In this document: piece by piece, positions 8,796 to 19,732 of the stretch | Position numbering within the stretch: position 1 is the first letter of the stretch | Layout: every line of letters begins with the position of its first letter | Assembly: GCA_039683575.1 (NCBI GenBank) | Contig: JBDKRC010000253.1 | Coordinates: 1-20,742, forward strand | Origin: Armatimonadia bacterium | Lineage (GTDB): Bacteria; Armatimonadota; Zipacnadia; Zipacnadales; UBA11051 | DNA length: 20,742 bases | Direction: 5' to 3' | Made by a program: the position numbers and the translations under genes | Notes under the pieces: generated by a model | What the model was told of the DNA's origin: nothing | Database searches by the model: none | The model's input: only the letters and a program-made list of their open reading frames with translations

Positions 8796-10046
8796 ATGCC
8801 TGGAACGATAGCCGTAATCATGGGCGGGGGCCGCGGGACGCGCCTCTATCCGCTGACTCGCGAGCGCGCCAAGCCTGCGGTGCCACTGGCGGGCAAGTAC
8901 CGCCTCATTGACATCCCCATCAGCAACTGCATCAATTCCGGCCTGCGGCGCATCTCGCTGCTCACCCAGTTTGAGACCGCCTCCCTGCACCGCCACATCC
9001 GCACGACCTACAACTTCGACCAGTTCACCGAGGGCTATGTCAACATCCTCGCCGCCGAGCAGACCATGGCCAGCGACTCGTGGTATGAGGGCACTGCCGA
9101 CGCCGTCCGCCGCAACCTCCGCCACCTGGACCTCTCGGCTGCCGACAACGTCCTGATCCTCTCGGGCGACCAGCTTTACCGCATGGACTTCCGTGAACTC
9201 ATAGCCCAGCACGAGCAGGATGATTGCGATGCCTCGCTCGCCGTCCTGCCGGTTGCGCGCGAGGATGCCTCCTCTCTCGGCGTCCTGCAGACCACCGGCC
9301 GGCGGATCGTGGACTTCGTCGAGAAGCCCAAAGACGAGCCGACCCTCGACCGCCTCGCCCTGCCCAACCCGCGCGACGGTCGTAGCCACCTCGCCTCGAT
9401 GGGGATCTACGTCTTCAAGCGCGAGGTCCTCATCGATCTTCTTGCCGACCCGGAGAAGTCCGACTTTGGCCGCGAGATCATCCCGCAGGCCATCAAGCAG
9501 GGGCACGTCGGCGCCTTCGAGTTCGACGGCTACTGGGAAGACATCGGCACGATCAAGGCCTTCTACGACGCCAACCTGGAGCTCACCAGCCCCAAGTCCC
9601 GCTTCAACTTCTTCGACGAGGAGGCCCCCATCTACACTCACCCGCGCAACCTCCCGCCGACGCGGCTGAACCACTGCCACGTCGAGGACACGGTGATGGC
9701 GGATGGCTGCATAGTCGACGATGAGTGCGAGATCAGTGGCTCGGTCATCGGCGTGCGCACCCTGGTCGGCGCGGGAACCGTGATCACGAATTCTATCGTG
9801 ATGGGCCTGGATTACTTCGAGAGCGAGGCGCGGCGGGCGGAACGGCATGCGGACATCCCGATCGGCATCGGCCGGAACTGCCGCCTCAGCGGCGCCCTGA
9901 TCGACAAAAACTGCCGCATCGGTGACAACGTCGAGATCGACAGTTCGCACTACGACGAGGACATGGAGACCGACCTGTTCGTGGTCCGCGACGGCATAGT
10001 GATCATCCCTCGCGCCACCACGATCCCCTCGGGCACCGTGATCTGA
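8796..10046 (+). CDS. glgC: Glucose-1-phosphate adenylyltransferase (ADP-glucose pyrophosphorylase)
   Basis: Motifs GGG.GTRLYPLT..RAKPAVP.AGKYRLIDIPISNC, WYEGTADAV, LSGDQLYRMD, FVEKP, ASMGIY, DFGREIIP and GYWEDIGT, plus a C-terminal beta-helix. GGAGG RBS present. Confidence 0.97.
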   Translation: MPGTIAVIMGGGRGTRLYPLTRERAKPAVPLAGKYRLIDIPISNCINSGLRRISLLTQFETASLHRHIRTTYNFDQFTEGYVNILAAEQTMASDSWYEGTADAVRRNLRHLDLSAADNVLILSGDQLYRMDFRELIAQHEQDDCDASLAVLPVAREDASSLGVLQTTGRRIVDFVEKPKDEPTLDRLALPNPRDGRSHLASMGIYVFKREVLIDLLADPEKSDFGREIIPQAIKQGHVGAFEFDGYWEDIGTIKAFYDANLELTSPKSRFNFFDEEAPIYTHPRNLPPTRLNHCHVEDTVMADGCIVDDECEISGSVIGVRTLVGAGTVITNSIVMGLDYFESEARRAERHADIPIGIGRNCRLSGALIDKNCRIGDNVEIDSSHYDEDMETDLFVVRDGIVIIPRATTIPSGTVI

Positions 10047-10152
10047 GAGATCCCTTCGCGTGGCAGACATGCTCCGCATGCCGGGATCATGTTCAGTGAA
10101 TCGTGTGGGAGGGGTCACTGACCCCGTCAAACAAACGAGCGCAGCCTCGGCC

Positions 10153-10605
10153 TTAGCCGTCGCTGCGCTCGAAATCATCTCTGAGATGGTCCCTAGATAT
10201 GGTGGCCGTCGCCGCCGCCGAGCCTCGGGAGACTACCCCTGGCCCGATGCTGCCAAGCAGCACCCCGAGCCCCACGCCCACGAGTACCAGCGCAAACATC
10301 GGCACCGGCGTCTTGATAGGGATGAAGCACGTGCCCTCCGGCGTCACCTCAACCACACCCACCGGCCGCGCCATCACACCACCGCCGCCCCCGCCTCCCC
10401 CTTCATTCCCGCCCTCGCCGTCGCCCTCGGTCTTGTGCTTTCCCTGCCCAATGGCAAAACCCATGCCCGTGCGAACCTCGGCCACGGGTATCACCATTCG
10501 GTCGCCCATCGTCTGCGGCTCGCCAAACACCCGCTCGACCGTCGCCGCGTCCTTGAGCGCCCCGAGCTTTTCCAGCATCGTGCTCTCGACTTCCAGTTGT
10601 GCCAC
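10153..10605 (-). CDS. GerW/YtfJ-like family protein
   Basis: VFGEP.....VIPVAEV..G.G..G, a Gly-rich GGGGG, ARPVGVVEV and a C-terminal TM segment. GTG start chosen after GAGGTG; the start is uncertain (alternative ATG at 10578). Confidence 0.75.
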   Translation of the reverse strand: MAQLEVESTMLEKLGALKDAATVERVFGEPQTMGDRMVIPVAEVRTGMGFAIGQGKHKTEGDGEGGNEGGGGGGGGVMARPVGVVEVTPEGTCFIPIKTPVPMFALVLVGVGLGVLLGSIGPGVVSRGSAAATATISRDHLRDDFERSDG

Positions 10606-10696
10606 TGCAGTCACCTCGCATCGTTCCCCTCGATACGAAGACGCCGCCAGATGGGAGGTGGTTCGAGCGGTCGATACTTTGGGATGGGGGGCACTG

Positions 10697-11494
10697 CTAC
10701 CCCCCCGGATGCCGCCCCACCGGTATGTCAATCCGCTCCTCGCCCTGCTTGAGCAGCGCCTCCGGGTCGCGCCGCACCGCCTCCACTGCGTAATCGAACA
10801 TCGGCCCGGCCTGCACACAGCGCACGATTGCGTCGCCCACCAGCCGCTGCTGCTGGATCCTCTCCCGCGTCAGGAGCTCGTCCATGCGGTTGAAATCGTA
10901 GCTCCGCAGGGGCTTATGGACACGTGTGGGCAGTGGCCGCTGGCAGCCCTCCTCGTCCACGATCGTCGCCTCCGGCAGGTCCCGGAATTCCATGTAGAAC
11001 AGGTTCTCCTGCTCCTCCACCGCGTGGAAGGTTGTGTTGCAGTTCAGGCTCACACCCATGAAGAGTATCTTCCCATGCCAGTGTGCGAGCTTCGGAAAGG
11101 GGCTGGTCGCGCCGCACGGCGTGAGCGAATGCGTGGCCGTCAGCTCGCGAGCGCGCCGCCCCACCGCGCATACCGAGTGCGTGCAATGGTGGCTGCGATA
11201 CGCGGCATACCGCGTGCGAAAGGTCTCATAGATCCGCCCGACCCAGCAGGGCGTATTCAGCACATCGAATACGGGCTCAGGCTCAGTATTGAGTTGGAAT
11301 GTGAATCCGGGCATAGCCAGCGTCCCCGTCGGCCCCACGGCCTCCAGCAACGCCTGTATGACGGTCTCCTCGCCCCCCTCCACGAATCCAAACCGGCTGA
11401 GGGAGCCATGTGCAAAGACCACATCGCCCTCCCGCAAGCCAAGTTCGAGGAGCCCGTCCAACACCATCTGCTTCGTAACAAGGGTCTTCTGCAT
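10697..11494 (-). CDS. AAC(3)/YokD-like N-acetyltransferase (Antibiotic_NAT family)
   Basis: Motifs LGLREGDVVFAHGSLSRFGFVEGG..TVI.AL..AVGP.GTL.MP.FT, RSHH.THS..A.G and GKILFMGV....NTTFH..EE. Confidence 0.88.
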   Translation of the reverse strand: MQKTLVTKQMVLDGLLELGLREGDVVFAHGSLSRFGFVEGGEETVIQALLEAVGPTGTLAMPGFTFQLNTEPEPVFDVLNTPCWVGRIYETFRTRYAAYRSHHCTHSVCAVGRRARELTATHSLTPCGATSPFPKLAHWHGKILFMGVSLNCNTTFHAVEEQENLFYMEFRDLPEATIVDEEGCQRPLPTRVHKPLRSYDFNRMDELLTRERIQQQRLVGDAIVRCVQAGPMFDYAVEAVRRDPEALLKQGEERIDIPVGRHPGG

Positions 11495-11693
11495 CTGCTC
11501 ATGCCTACCCTGAGTGTTCGCTGATCTCCGCAATAGTCTGACTGCTACGATGCCGCCCTCCCCAGCGCCGAAGGCGCGACAGCCACCCGTGTTGCGTCCC
11601 CGAAAAGCCTGCACCCTTTGAGCCGGTGGGTGTCGCGACGTGGGGCACGGTTCGCAAAACACACACCTCAATGCGTAGCAACTGTATTCGCAG

Positions 11694-12875
<1,182 letters not shown>

Positions 12876-12880
12876 TAAGC

Positions 12881-12886
12881 AATATA
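12881..12886 (-). promoter_or_regulatory. -10 box (TATATT) of the circle-junction promoter; -35 TTGACT is at 11692-11697
   Basis: The joined ends read TTGACT-gcgaatacagttgCTtg (17 nt)-TATATT. Confidence 0.85.
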
Positions 12887-12890
12887 CAAG

Positions 12891-12950
12891 GTCGGTTCAT
12901 CCCTGAACCGACGCGGGGTGGGAGTGGGTTCGAGACGAACCCACCTACGC
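12891..12950. repeat. Inverted REP doublet interrupted by the IS110 element
   Basis: (GTAG)GTCGGTTCA-TCCC-TGAACCGAC and, on the - strand, GTAG-GTGGGTTCG-TCT-CGAACCCAC. Both have perfect 9-bp stems. Confidence 0.88.
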
Positions 12951-13006
12951 GGTGTGCGGTTTGTCGTCCGTGACTTGGGTCACTGCCCCCGACCAACTAC
13001 GCTATC

Positions 13007-13501
13007 CTACAACTCCCGGTAATACGTCACCACCGGCAATTCCCCCCCAAACCCCACCGCCTCATACGCCCGCCGCGCCGGAGCATGGGCGTCATCCAGC
13101 CCCGTCGTCACCCGAACATACTCCGCCCCTCGCGCCCGCAGCTCCTCAAACACGCGCTCATACTGCTTCCGCGCCAGACCCCGCCCCTGCAACTCCGGAT
13201 GCACCGCGTTATTGCTGATCTCGCCCAGCCCCTTGGCCTTGTCGATGAAGAAGTACGTGACGAAAGCTGCCACTCGTCCCCCGACCTCGGTCACGAGCAT
13301 ACATCCGGGGTACTGCTCAAACACCTGCCGCACGTCGTTCATCTTCCGCTGTTCCCAGCTGCTGTGCAGCCGCCCAAACAGTTCATCCCCCAGCCGCCTG
13401 CGGAACTCCTCAAACACCGGCTGCCACGCCACCCGCGCGATCTCACATACCTCGTCCATGTCCTCGGCCCTTGCAGGCCGGATGATGATCTCTTCTGCCA
13501 T
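13007..13501 (-). CDS. GNAT-family N-acetyltransferase
   Basis: Motifs IIIRPARAED, acetyl-CoA-binding AVHPELQGRGLA, and APARRAYEAVGF. Confidence 0.92.
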   Translation of the reverse strand: MAEEIIIRPARAEDMDEVCEIARVAWQPVFEEFRRRLGDELFGRLHSSWEQRKMNDVRQVFEQYPGCMLVTEVGGRVAAFVTYFFIDKAKGLGEISNNAVHPELQGRGLARKQYERVFEELRARGAEYVRVTTGLDDAHAPARRAYEAVGFGGELPVVTYYREL

Positions 13502-13510
13502 GTCACTCCC

Positions 13511-14269
13511 CTACATGCACATGCCGCCGTTGACCGACAGCACATGACCGGTGATGTACCCCGCCTCCTCTGAAGCCAGAAACGCGACCGCTGCCGCGAC
13601 GTCCTCCGGCGAGCCCATTCGCGGGATCGGGATGCCGGCAATTATCTGCGTCTTGACGTCCTCGGGAATGGCCTGCGTCATCTCGGTGTCAATGAACCCC
13701 GGCGCGACGCAGTTGACGGTAATCCCCTTGCGCGCCACTTCCTTGGCCAGCGACTTGCTGAACCCCAGCAGCCCCGCCTTACTCGCCGCATAGTTCGTCT
13801 GCCCGAAGTTCCCCTCGAGCCCAACAACGCTCGAAAGGGAGATAATCCTCCCGCTGCCCCGCTCCAGCATGTGCTCCAGCACCGCCTTCGCGCAGTTGAA
13901 GGCCCCCGTCAGGTTCACAGCCAGCACCGCATTCCAGTCCTCATGCGTGAGCTTGCGCAGCGTCCGGTCGCGTGTGATCCCCGCGTTGTTCACCAGAATA
14001 TCAATCTGCCCCAGCCGCTCAATGACCTGCGCCACCATCCCCGCCACTGCTTCAGGCTCGGTCACACTGGCCTCCACCACCATCGCCCGCCGCCCCATCG
14101 CCTCGACTTCCCGCGCCACCTGGGCAGCCTCGGCCGCATTATCCCGCCCCTCCTGCGGCACGTAGTTCACGGCCACCTCACACCCGCCCGCCGCCAGTCG
14201 CAAAGCAATCGCCCGCCCAAGCCCCCGCGAAGCCCCGGTAACGAGTGCGACCTTACACTCTGTAGCCAT
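13511..14269 (-). CDS. fabG: FabG-like SDR (3-oxoacyl-ACP reductase/acetoacetyl-CoA reductase family)
   Basis: Motifs TGASRGLG, LVNNAGITRD, SSVVG..GNFGQTNYAASKAG, VAPGFIDTEM and YITG.VLSVNGG. It is not in a fab operon, so the exact substrate is uncertain. Confidence 0.85.
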   Translation of the reverse strand: MATECKVALVTGASRGLGRAIALRLAAGGCEVAVNYVPQEGRDNAAEAAQVAREVEAMGRRAMVVEASVTEPEAVAGMVAQVIERLGQIDILVNNAGITRDRTLRKLTHEDWNAVLAVNLTGAFNCAKAVLEHMLERGSGRIISLSSVVGLEGNFGQTNYAASKAGLLGFSKSLAKEVARKGITVNCVAPGFIDTEMTQAIPEDVKTQIIAGIPIPRMGSPEDVAAAVAFLASEEAGYITGHVLSVNGGMCM

Positions 14270-14283
14270 GGTAGCCCTCCGGT

Positions 14284-16866
14284 CTAGTTCCCTCCGAGCT
14301 TCTGCCCGCCCAGCGACAGCACCGTCCCCTCAGCCAGTGACGCCGACGCAACCTTTCCACCCCGCACCGATACCGCCCCAAACCGCCCATTGACTACCAG
14401 CGCCCCCTGCGGCGTGTCCAGCTTCACCTCAACCGGCTCAAGGCACGATACGAAGTAGTCCGTGCCGCCCACCGTATCCACTGCTACCGCGACCACATTC
14501 CCGGCCAGAGCCTCCGGCACCGCCAGGCGCCGCATCCCGCGCACGACCTCCGCTCCCTCTGCCGCTCCTTCAAAGAGCGTCACATACACCGACGGCGCCG
14601 CCCCATTCGCCCGCTCCCGCACAAAGTACGGCAGGACCGCGCCCACATCAGAGTTCCGGTAGTCACGCTGCCCCCAGCCATCCCCGACCATGGAGCGTTC
14701 GCCCTCTTCATTCTGCCACAGCGCCCGGAAGTTCGTCTTGTCGAGCTTCCACGTCACCTGCCACTTTTCACCAGCCGACGAGGCCCGCACCTGCTCCAGG
14801 TCCAGCCCCTCGACCTTGCCCACTGCCTCCAACTGCGGCGTCGCCAGTTCATACTGGTTGCTGATCCCGTGGAACACGTACTGATGCTTCTTGCCGCCCT
14901 GTACGCGGAAGATGTCCAGCACATACTGCCGCCCCGGCTCATACTCCACTTGCGCCACCGTCCGCCGGTACAGCGTCGCCGCCGCATAGGCCTGCGACTC
15001 CGCCTCCATGACCTTCACAGCCCCGTTGGGCGCAAAGAACGCGAACTTCCCGCCGCGCCCCTTCGTGATTTGCTCTGCCCCGTCCACCATCACGGTATTA
15101 TGCGCGAACGTTCGGCGTGACATCTTGCTCATCGGGTGGTCCCACAGGTACCCGAGGTCGCTCAGTAGCTCCTTGCCATTCTGCCAGTAGTAGAGCCCCA
15201 GGCTGTCATCGTGGTGGTGCCCGCCCCAGTCGCTCGCGCTGAGCACCAGGCAGCTATCCCGCCCGGTCTCGCCACTGCGCAGGTACCCGAACTGCAGCAC
15301 CGGGAAGGCGATATCCGGCAGCGTCAGTGGCGGGGTGACCTTCTCCTCCAGCCCCGGAGGCCGCGAGTAGATCGCGGTGTGGATGTCCCCTCCGGTCAGC
15401 TTCGGCCCCGCGAACTCCTTGAGCAGCGCCACATACTGCTCATTCTCCGGGTAGTTGTCCGCCATGATCTCGGTGAAATGCGCCCCGAGACTGGACGTGG
15501 CATGCCCGTCCGCCAGCGGCGGGTAGTTCAGGTTCCCCTGCAGCCCGTTGAACATTGCCTCCCACACCCGCTTGTACGGCGTGTCATGGTACAGGTCCAG
15601 ATTATCAATCCGCTTGCCCACCGCATCCTTGTACCCCGGCGGGTCGCTATAGCCCCGGAACGCCTGCCCCAGCGCCTCAATCCCACTCAGCGTCATCGTC
15701 GCATAGCTGTAGGACTCCGACGTCCCGCCATCCTTCAGGAACCACCCGTCCACCGTCTCCATGAAGTTGTTCAGCCCAAACCGCACCATCTCCGGGTGTC
15801 CCAGCACCATCCCCGCCAGCGCCACCGCCGTCGCGTTCCCTACCGACTTGTTATTGACCGCCTTGTCGGCTACGAGTAGTACCGTACTCTCCAGCAGCAG
15901 GTCCTTCTCGATCTTCAGTCTCTCCGCGTCCGTCATGACCGCCGCCCCGCTCTCCGGCTTCAGGCACACGAAGCTGTATGCCTCGAGCATCGACCGCACG
16001 AAGCCCGCCTCCATGCCCGTCCCGGTCGCGCGTCCGCCTTGCCAGTACCCGCTGTGCAGCTTCTTGTCCGGCCCCTTGGGCGTCGGGGTGATCTCGTTCT
16101 CTGGCAGCGCATTGATGTTCAGCGCCGCCACATGCGGGTCCATATCGGCATACTCGCCGTAGCCCACGTGCACGAGCCAGTTCGGGTAGACCTCGGCGAA
16201 CCGCAGCAGCAACTGCTTTGCGCCCTGCGCATAGTCCACCTTGCCGGTCAGGGCATAGGCCTCCGCCAGCGCCCGGCAGGCATTGGCCGCTACTGCCACC
16301 TTCCTCGCTCGTATGTTGGCGGTGAAACTCGGCCGTAGCTGAAAGCCGAAGCAATCGAAAGCCGGGCCGCCATAGAAGCTCAGCTTCTGGCCGCTCTTGG
16401 TTGTGAAGACCATATCCTCAGGGTACTTCTCGTTCGGGAATACCGTCTTGCACACCTGGCAGGTCATCTCGTCTGGCGTGTTGGCATTCCACGTATACTG
16501 CCCGTGAGGGTGAGCCGGCTTCTTCAGGTCCCGGCAGGCAGGACAGGGGGTGAAGAGCGTATCCCCCGGCGTCTCCACCGGGATCATCTTCGCGATCCAC
16601 TCCGGCGTGAGCTTGCTTAGCCAGTTGTCGGCGGTCTTCTGCAGCCCGGCCGCATAGCCCCGAGCCCACTCATAGCGCCGTATGTTCTCCCGCGCGCGCT
16701 CCACATCCGCCGGCTTGATCGTGCTCGCCGGATGCACCACCGTCGCCCGGTATTTCTGCCAGGCCGACCAGTCCAGAAGCGGCTCATCCGCCGCCGTGCG
16801 CTGCGCTTCGGCCCCGCCCAGCGCCGCTGTGAGCAGCAGCATAACGATCACCCATGTCCTAATCAT
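14284..16866 (-). CDS. Secreted heparinase II/III-like polysaccharide lyase-family protein
   Basis: Signal peptide (...LLLLTAALGGAEA), a helical region with DGG..ES.SY, then GHHHDDSL.L...NG.ELL.DLGY and AHNTV.VDG..Q typical of Hepar_II_III domains. GGAG precedes ATG 16866; ATG 16881 is an alternative start. Confidence 0.8.
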   Translation of the reverse strand: MIRTWVIVMLLLTAALGGAEAQRTAADEPLLDWSAWQKYRATVVHPASTIKPADVERARENIRRYEWARGYAAGLQKTADNWLSKLTPEWIAKMIPVETPGDTLFTPCPACRDLKKPAHPHGQYTWNANTPDEMTCQVCKTVFPNEKYPEDMVFTTKSGQKLSFYGGPAFDCFGFQLRPSFTANIRARKVAVAANACRALAEAYALTGKVDYAQGAKQLLLRFAEVYPNWLVHVGYGEYADMDPHVAALNINALPENEITPTPKGPDKKLHSGYWQGGRATGTGMEAGFVRSMLEAYSFVCLKPESGAAVMTDAERLKIEKDLLLESTVLLVADKAVNNKSVGNATAVALAGMVLGHPEMVRFGLNNFMETVDGWFLKDGGTSESYSYATMTLSGIEALGQAFRGYSDPPGYKDAVGKRIDNLDLYHDTPYKRVWEAMFNGLQGNLNYPPLADGHATSSLGAHFTEIMADNYPENEQYVALLKEFAGPKLTGGDIHTAIYSRPPGLEEKVTPPLTLPDIAFPVLQFGYLRSGETGRDSCLVLSASDWGGHHHDDSLGLYYWQNGKELLSDLGYLWDHPMSKMSRRTFAHNTVMVDGAEQITKGRGGKFAFFAPNGAVKVMEAESQAYAAATLYRRTVAQVEYEPGRQYVLDIFRVQGGKKHQYVFHGISNQYELATPQLEAVGKVEGLDLEQVRASSAGEKWQVTWKLDKTNFRALWQNEEGERSMVGDGWGQRDYRNSDVGAVLPYFVRERANGAAPSVYVTLFEGAAEGAEVVRGMRRLAVPEALAGNVVAVAVDTVGGTDYFVSCLEPVEVKLDTPQGALVVNGRFGAVSVRGGKVASASLAEGTVLSLGGQKLGGN

Positions 16867-16942
16867 CGTAGCTCCAATCATGAATCTCTCTTCGGCAACT
16901 TCCGGCACGAGACCTCTGCCGCAGGCCGTCGCTGACTTCAGC

Positions 16943-17080
16943 TCGCACGAGCGGCTTCCCTCCCGCTGCAATACTATCCGCCGTCGTACGAGCGGCTTCC
17001 CTCCCGCTCCAGCATTCCCCGTCGTACGAGCGGCTCGCAGCCGCGAGATTTCGCCACTGGAGCCCGGCTTCCAGCCGGGC
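16943..17080 (+). repeat. Tandem degenerate REP-like direct repeats
   Basis: TCGYACGAGCGGCTTCCCTCCCGCT at 16943 and 16984, TCGTACGAGCGGCTCGCAGCCGC at 17022, and the related GCCCGGCTTCCAGCCGGGC at ~17062. Confidence 0.75.
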
Positions 17081-17194
17081 GGGGATCGCTCGGACGCGCG
17101 TTACCCTGATGCCTCTGGCGACGTGCGCCGCATCAAATCCCATTCACTCTCAACCCCGCGCAGGTCCTACACGTTCCCCCTCGAATACCCTCCC

Positions 17195-18409
17195 ATGCCC
17201 CGCCTCATCGCTGCCTTGCGAACCTTCTGGACCCGCGCCCGCTGGTCCGCCGCCCCCCGCCCGTCGCTTCGGCAGCTTCTGGCCCTCCTCGCCTTCTCCG
17301 CCCTCCTCTGCCTGCCGAATCTGCGGCTCCTCGCCCGCCCGTACGTCATAACGGAATTGAGCGCCTATGACGACTACTGGCTCCTCAAGGGCCTCGACGC
17401 CGGCCACTCCCTCTCCGACGCCGTTGGTTGGTTCCATGGCGACTGGCCCGAGCACAACAGGTTCTACCGCCCACTGGCCGCGGTGTCCCTCTGGCTTGAT
17501 TACCTGCTCTATGGCTGGAACCCCTACCCCTATCGCGTAACGAATCTGATCCTGTACGCGCTCACGGCCGTTGTGCTCGGCCTCTTCGTCAGCGTCTTCA
17601 CCCGCCGCCGCGACTTTGCCGTCGCCTCGGTGGCGATTCTCTGCCTCTACCCTCAGAGCGGTTCCCAGGCCGTGATCGTTACCTTCAATCCCCGCGGGGA
17701 CCTCTTGTGCGGGCTCTTCTACCTCGCCGCCCTGTACTGCGCGGTCCGTCACGCCCGGTACCGGGAGGTCCGCTACATAGCCTGGTTCGCCCTCTGTCTC
17801 GCGCTGGCCTTGCTGAGCAAGGAAATGGCCCTGTCGCTGCCGCTGGTGGCGACCGTCACGCTCCTGCTAACCCCGCGCCTGCCCTTGCGCCGCGCCCTGC
17901 GTCCTGTAGCTGTGCTCCTGGCCGCGTCCGTTGTTGTTGGCCTGTGTTGGTATCTGGCCTACCGCCATGCGGTTCCCGCCCGTTTCGCCAGCGGCTCACC
18001 ACAGATAATCGCTTCCACGTGGCTGATGTGTGCCGGCACGATGCTGGAAGACCTGACGGTGCTGGGCCTGTGGGTCAGGTCGGCGCCATACTGGGCCGAC
18101 TTCATCTCCTGCTACGTACCCACATCCCTGCTCCGCCTTGGGGTCTGGATTGCAGCCCTCGTCTTCATTGCCCGGCGCCAGTGGCGCTTCGTCGCCTACT
18201 TCCTGCTTTGGGGCATCCTCACCTGGCTTCCGTTGATAACCACCCACACCCAGGCCCCCCACTATGCCTACCTGCCCCAACTCAACCGTGCCATAGTCGC
18301 CGGGCCTTTCGCGGTGATGCTCATCGAAGCCTCCCGTCAGAAGTGGGAGACCAACCGCAACAAAAAAAGCGCCGAAATATCGGCGCCTCAACCCCCAAAA
18401 CCCGGATAG
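17195..18409 (+). CDS. Polytopic membrane protein, GT-C fold-like (ArnT/PMT/TMTC-like glycosyltransferase)
   Basis: DDY after the first TM helix, FYRPL, D..LYG.NP..Y...NL, ALLSKE.A..LP and Y.YLP, with about 10 hydrophobic segments. No clear RBS, so the start is uncertain. Confidence 0.7.
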   Translation: MPRLIAALRTFWTRARWSAAPRPSLRQLLALLAFSALLCLPNLRLLARPYVITELSAYDDYWLLKGLDAGHSLSDAVGWFHGDWPEHNRFYRPLAAVSLWLDYLLYGWNPYPYRVTNLILYALTAVVLGLFVSVFTRRRDFAVASVAILCLYPQSGSQAVIVTFNPRGDLLCGLFYLAALYCAVRHARYREVRYIAWFALCLALALLSKEMALSLPLVATVTLLLTPRLPLRRALRPVAVLLAASVVVGLCWYLAYRHAVPARFASGSPQIIASTWLMCAGTMLEDLTVLGLWVRSAPYWADFISCYVPTSLLRLGVWIAALVFIARRQWRFVAYFLLWGILTWLPLITTHTQAPHYAYLPQLNRAIVAGPFAVMLIEASRQKWETNRNKKSAEISAPQPPKPG

Positions 18410-18493
18410 GCCAGATCTCAAGCACGGCCCTCCATCTTCCGGTCTTCAGTCCCCATGCTATTGGCTATTCGCTGTTCGCTGCCGTTCCCCGCG

Positions 18494-19480
18494 TCACACC
18501 GCCTCCCGCTCCTCATCATCTTCCGTCTTCTGCTTGGCGTTCCCGCCTGCTACTCTTCGCCGTGCCACGTACTGGTAAGCCGCATGCGCCGCCAGCGTCG
18601 CGTCGCCCACAGCCGTACTGATCTGCCGCAGCGGCGTTACCCGGATGTCTCCGCACGCGAAGATGCCCGGCTGGTTGGTCTGCATCTGGCTGTCCGTGAT
18701 CACAAATCCGTCCTCCATCTGCAGAAGCCCCTCCAGCCACTCTGTCTTGGCGATGTGGCCGATGGCGACGAAGACGCCATCCACGGGCAACTCGCTGACT
18801 TCATCGGTCTTCACGTTGCGCAGTTGCAGCCCGTCCAGCTCGGCGTTGCCGCTGATCTTCTCCACGACCGAATTCCAGACGAACTCGATGTTGGGGGAAG
18901 CGAAGGCCTTGTCCTGCATGTACTTCTCAGCCCGCAGTTCATCACGCCTGTGGATCAGGTATACTTTTTCCGCCAGGTTGGAGAGGTACAGCGCCTCGTC
19001 CAGGGCCGCGTTGCCGCCGCCGATGACCGCTACGGTCCGGTTGCGGTAGAAGAACCCATCGCACGTGGCACAGTATGAGACGCCCTTACCACGGTAATCA
19101 AGCTCGCCGGGGACCATCAGGCTCCGGGGATAGGCGCCTGTCGCGATGATCACCGTGTAGGTCAGCACCGAGAAGTCCGCGCCGTCGCTGACGCGCCAGA
19201 GCCCCTCTTCGGGCGTGAGAGTCCGCGCCGTGGCGGTGATGATATCGACCTCAATCTCCAGTGCCTGCTGCTTGACCCGTTCGGCCAGTTCCACGCCAGT
19301 AATCCCGCCGGGGAAGCCTGGGTAGTTTTCAACCAGCGACGCCATTGCGGTATTGCCTCCGCCGCCGCCGAGGCTGTCAACGATCGCCACGTCGAGGCTG
19401 TAGCGCTTGGCATAGATCCCGGCAGTGCAACCGGCGACCCCACCCCCGATAATCAGGCAATCTCGGACTTCTTCACTCAT
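18494..19480 (-). CDS. trxB: Thioredoxin-disulfide reductase
   Basis: Motifs IIGGG.AG, VENYPGF, IIATGA, GKGVSYCATCDG, VIGGGNAALDEA, HRRDELRA and GIFACGD...RQ..TAVGD. Confidence 0.96.
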   Translation of the reverse strand: MSEEVRDCLIIGGGVAGCTAGIYAKRYSLDVAIVDSLGGGGGNTAMASLVENYPGFPGGITGVELAERVKQQALEIEVDIITATARTLTPEEGLWRVSDGADFSVLTYTVIIATGAYPRSLMVPGELDYRGKGVSYCATCDGFFYRNRTVAVIGGGNAALDEALYLSNLAEKVYLIHRRDELRAEKYMQDKAFASPNIEFVWNSVVEKISGNAELDGLQLRNVKTDEVSELPVDGVFVAIGHIAKTEWLEGLLQMEDGFVITDSQMQTNQPGIFACGDIRVTPLRQISTAVGDATLAAHAAYQYVARRRVAGGNAKQKTEDDEEREAV

Positions 19481-19732
19481 CAGAACGACGCCTCCTGGCG
19501 ACCGGACCGTGCGGCGGGTAGGGCCTCACCTGGCAGTAGCGCGGGCGTATCGCCCACGCCGGACGGTTGGCCCGCTGCAACGTGGCATCTATGCGGCGGG
19601 CCCTCGGATATTACCACACTGGACCAACGCGGGCAACCGCACAGAAGAAGTGTGCAGACAGGGAGGAATCGCTGGCCCCGATGGCCAACCCTTCCAGTGA
19701 GAGTGGGCGAATTCAGCTTGGACGGAGTCTGC

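Noticed and set aside
8697-10178. 493-aa antisense ORF over glgC
   Set aside because: Shadow ORF expected from high-GC codon bias, with no recognisable motifs.
10199-11524. 441-aa + strand ORF
   Set aside because: It is antisense to two recognisable - strand genes, is low-complexity and has no family motifs.
11561-11580. GCGCCGAAGGCGC hairpin as an IS end or terminator
   Set aside because: It lies outside the core-defined IS boundary, has no U-tract and occurs once in the window.
16943-17044. Possible mini CRISPR array
   Set aside because: Only 2-3 degenerate units, spacers of about 13-16 nt that partly resemble each other, no cas genes, and the units look like REP hairpins.
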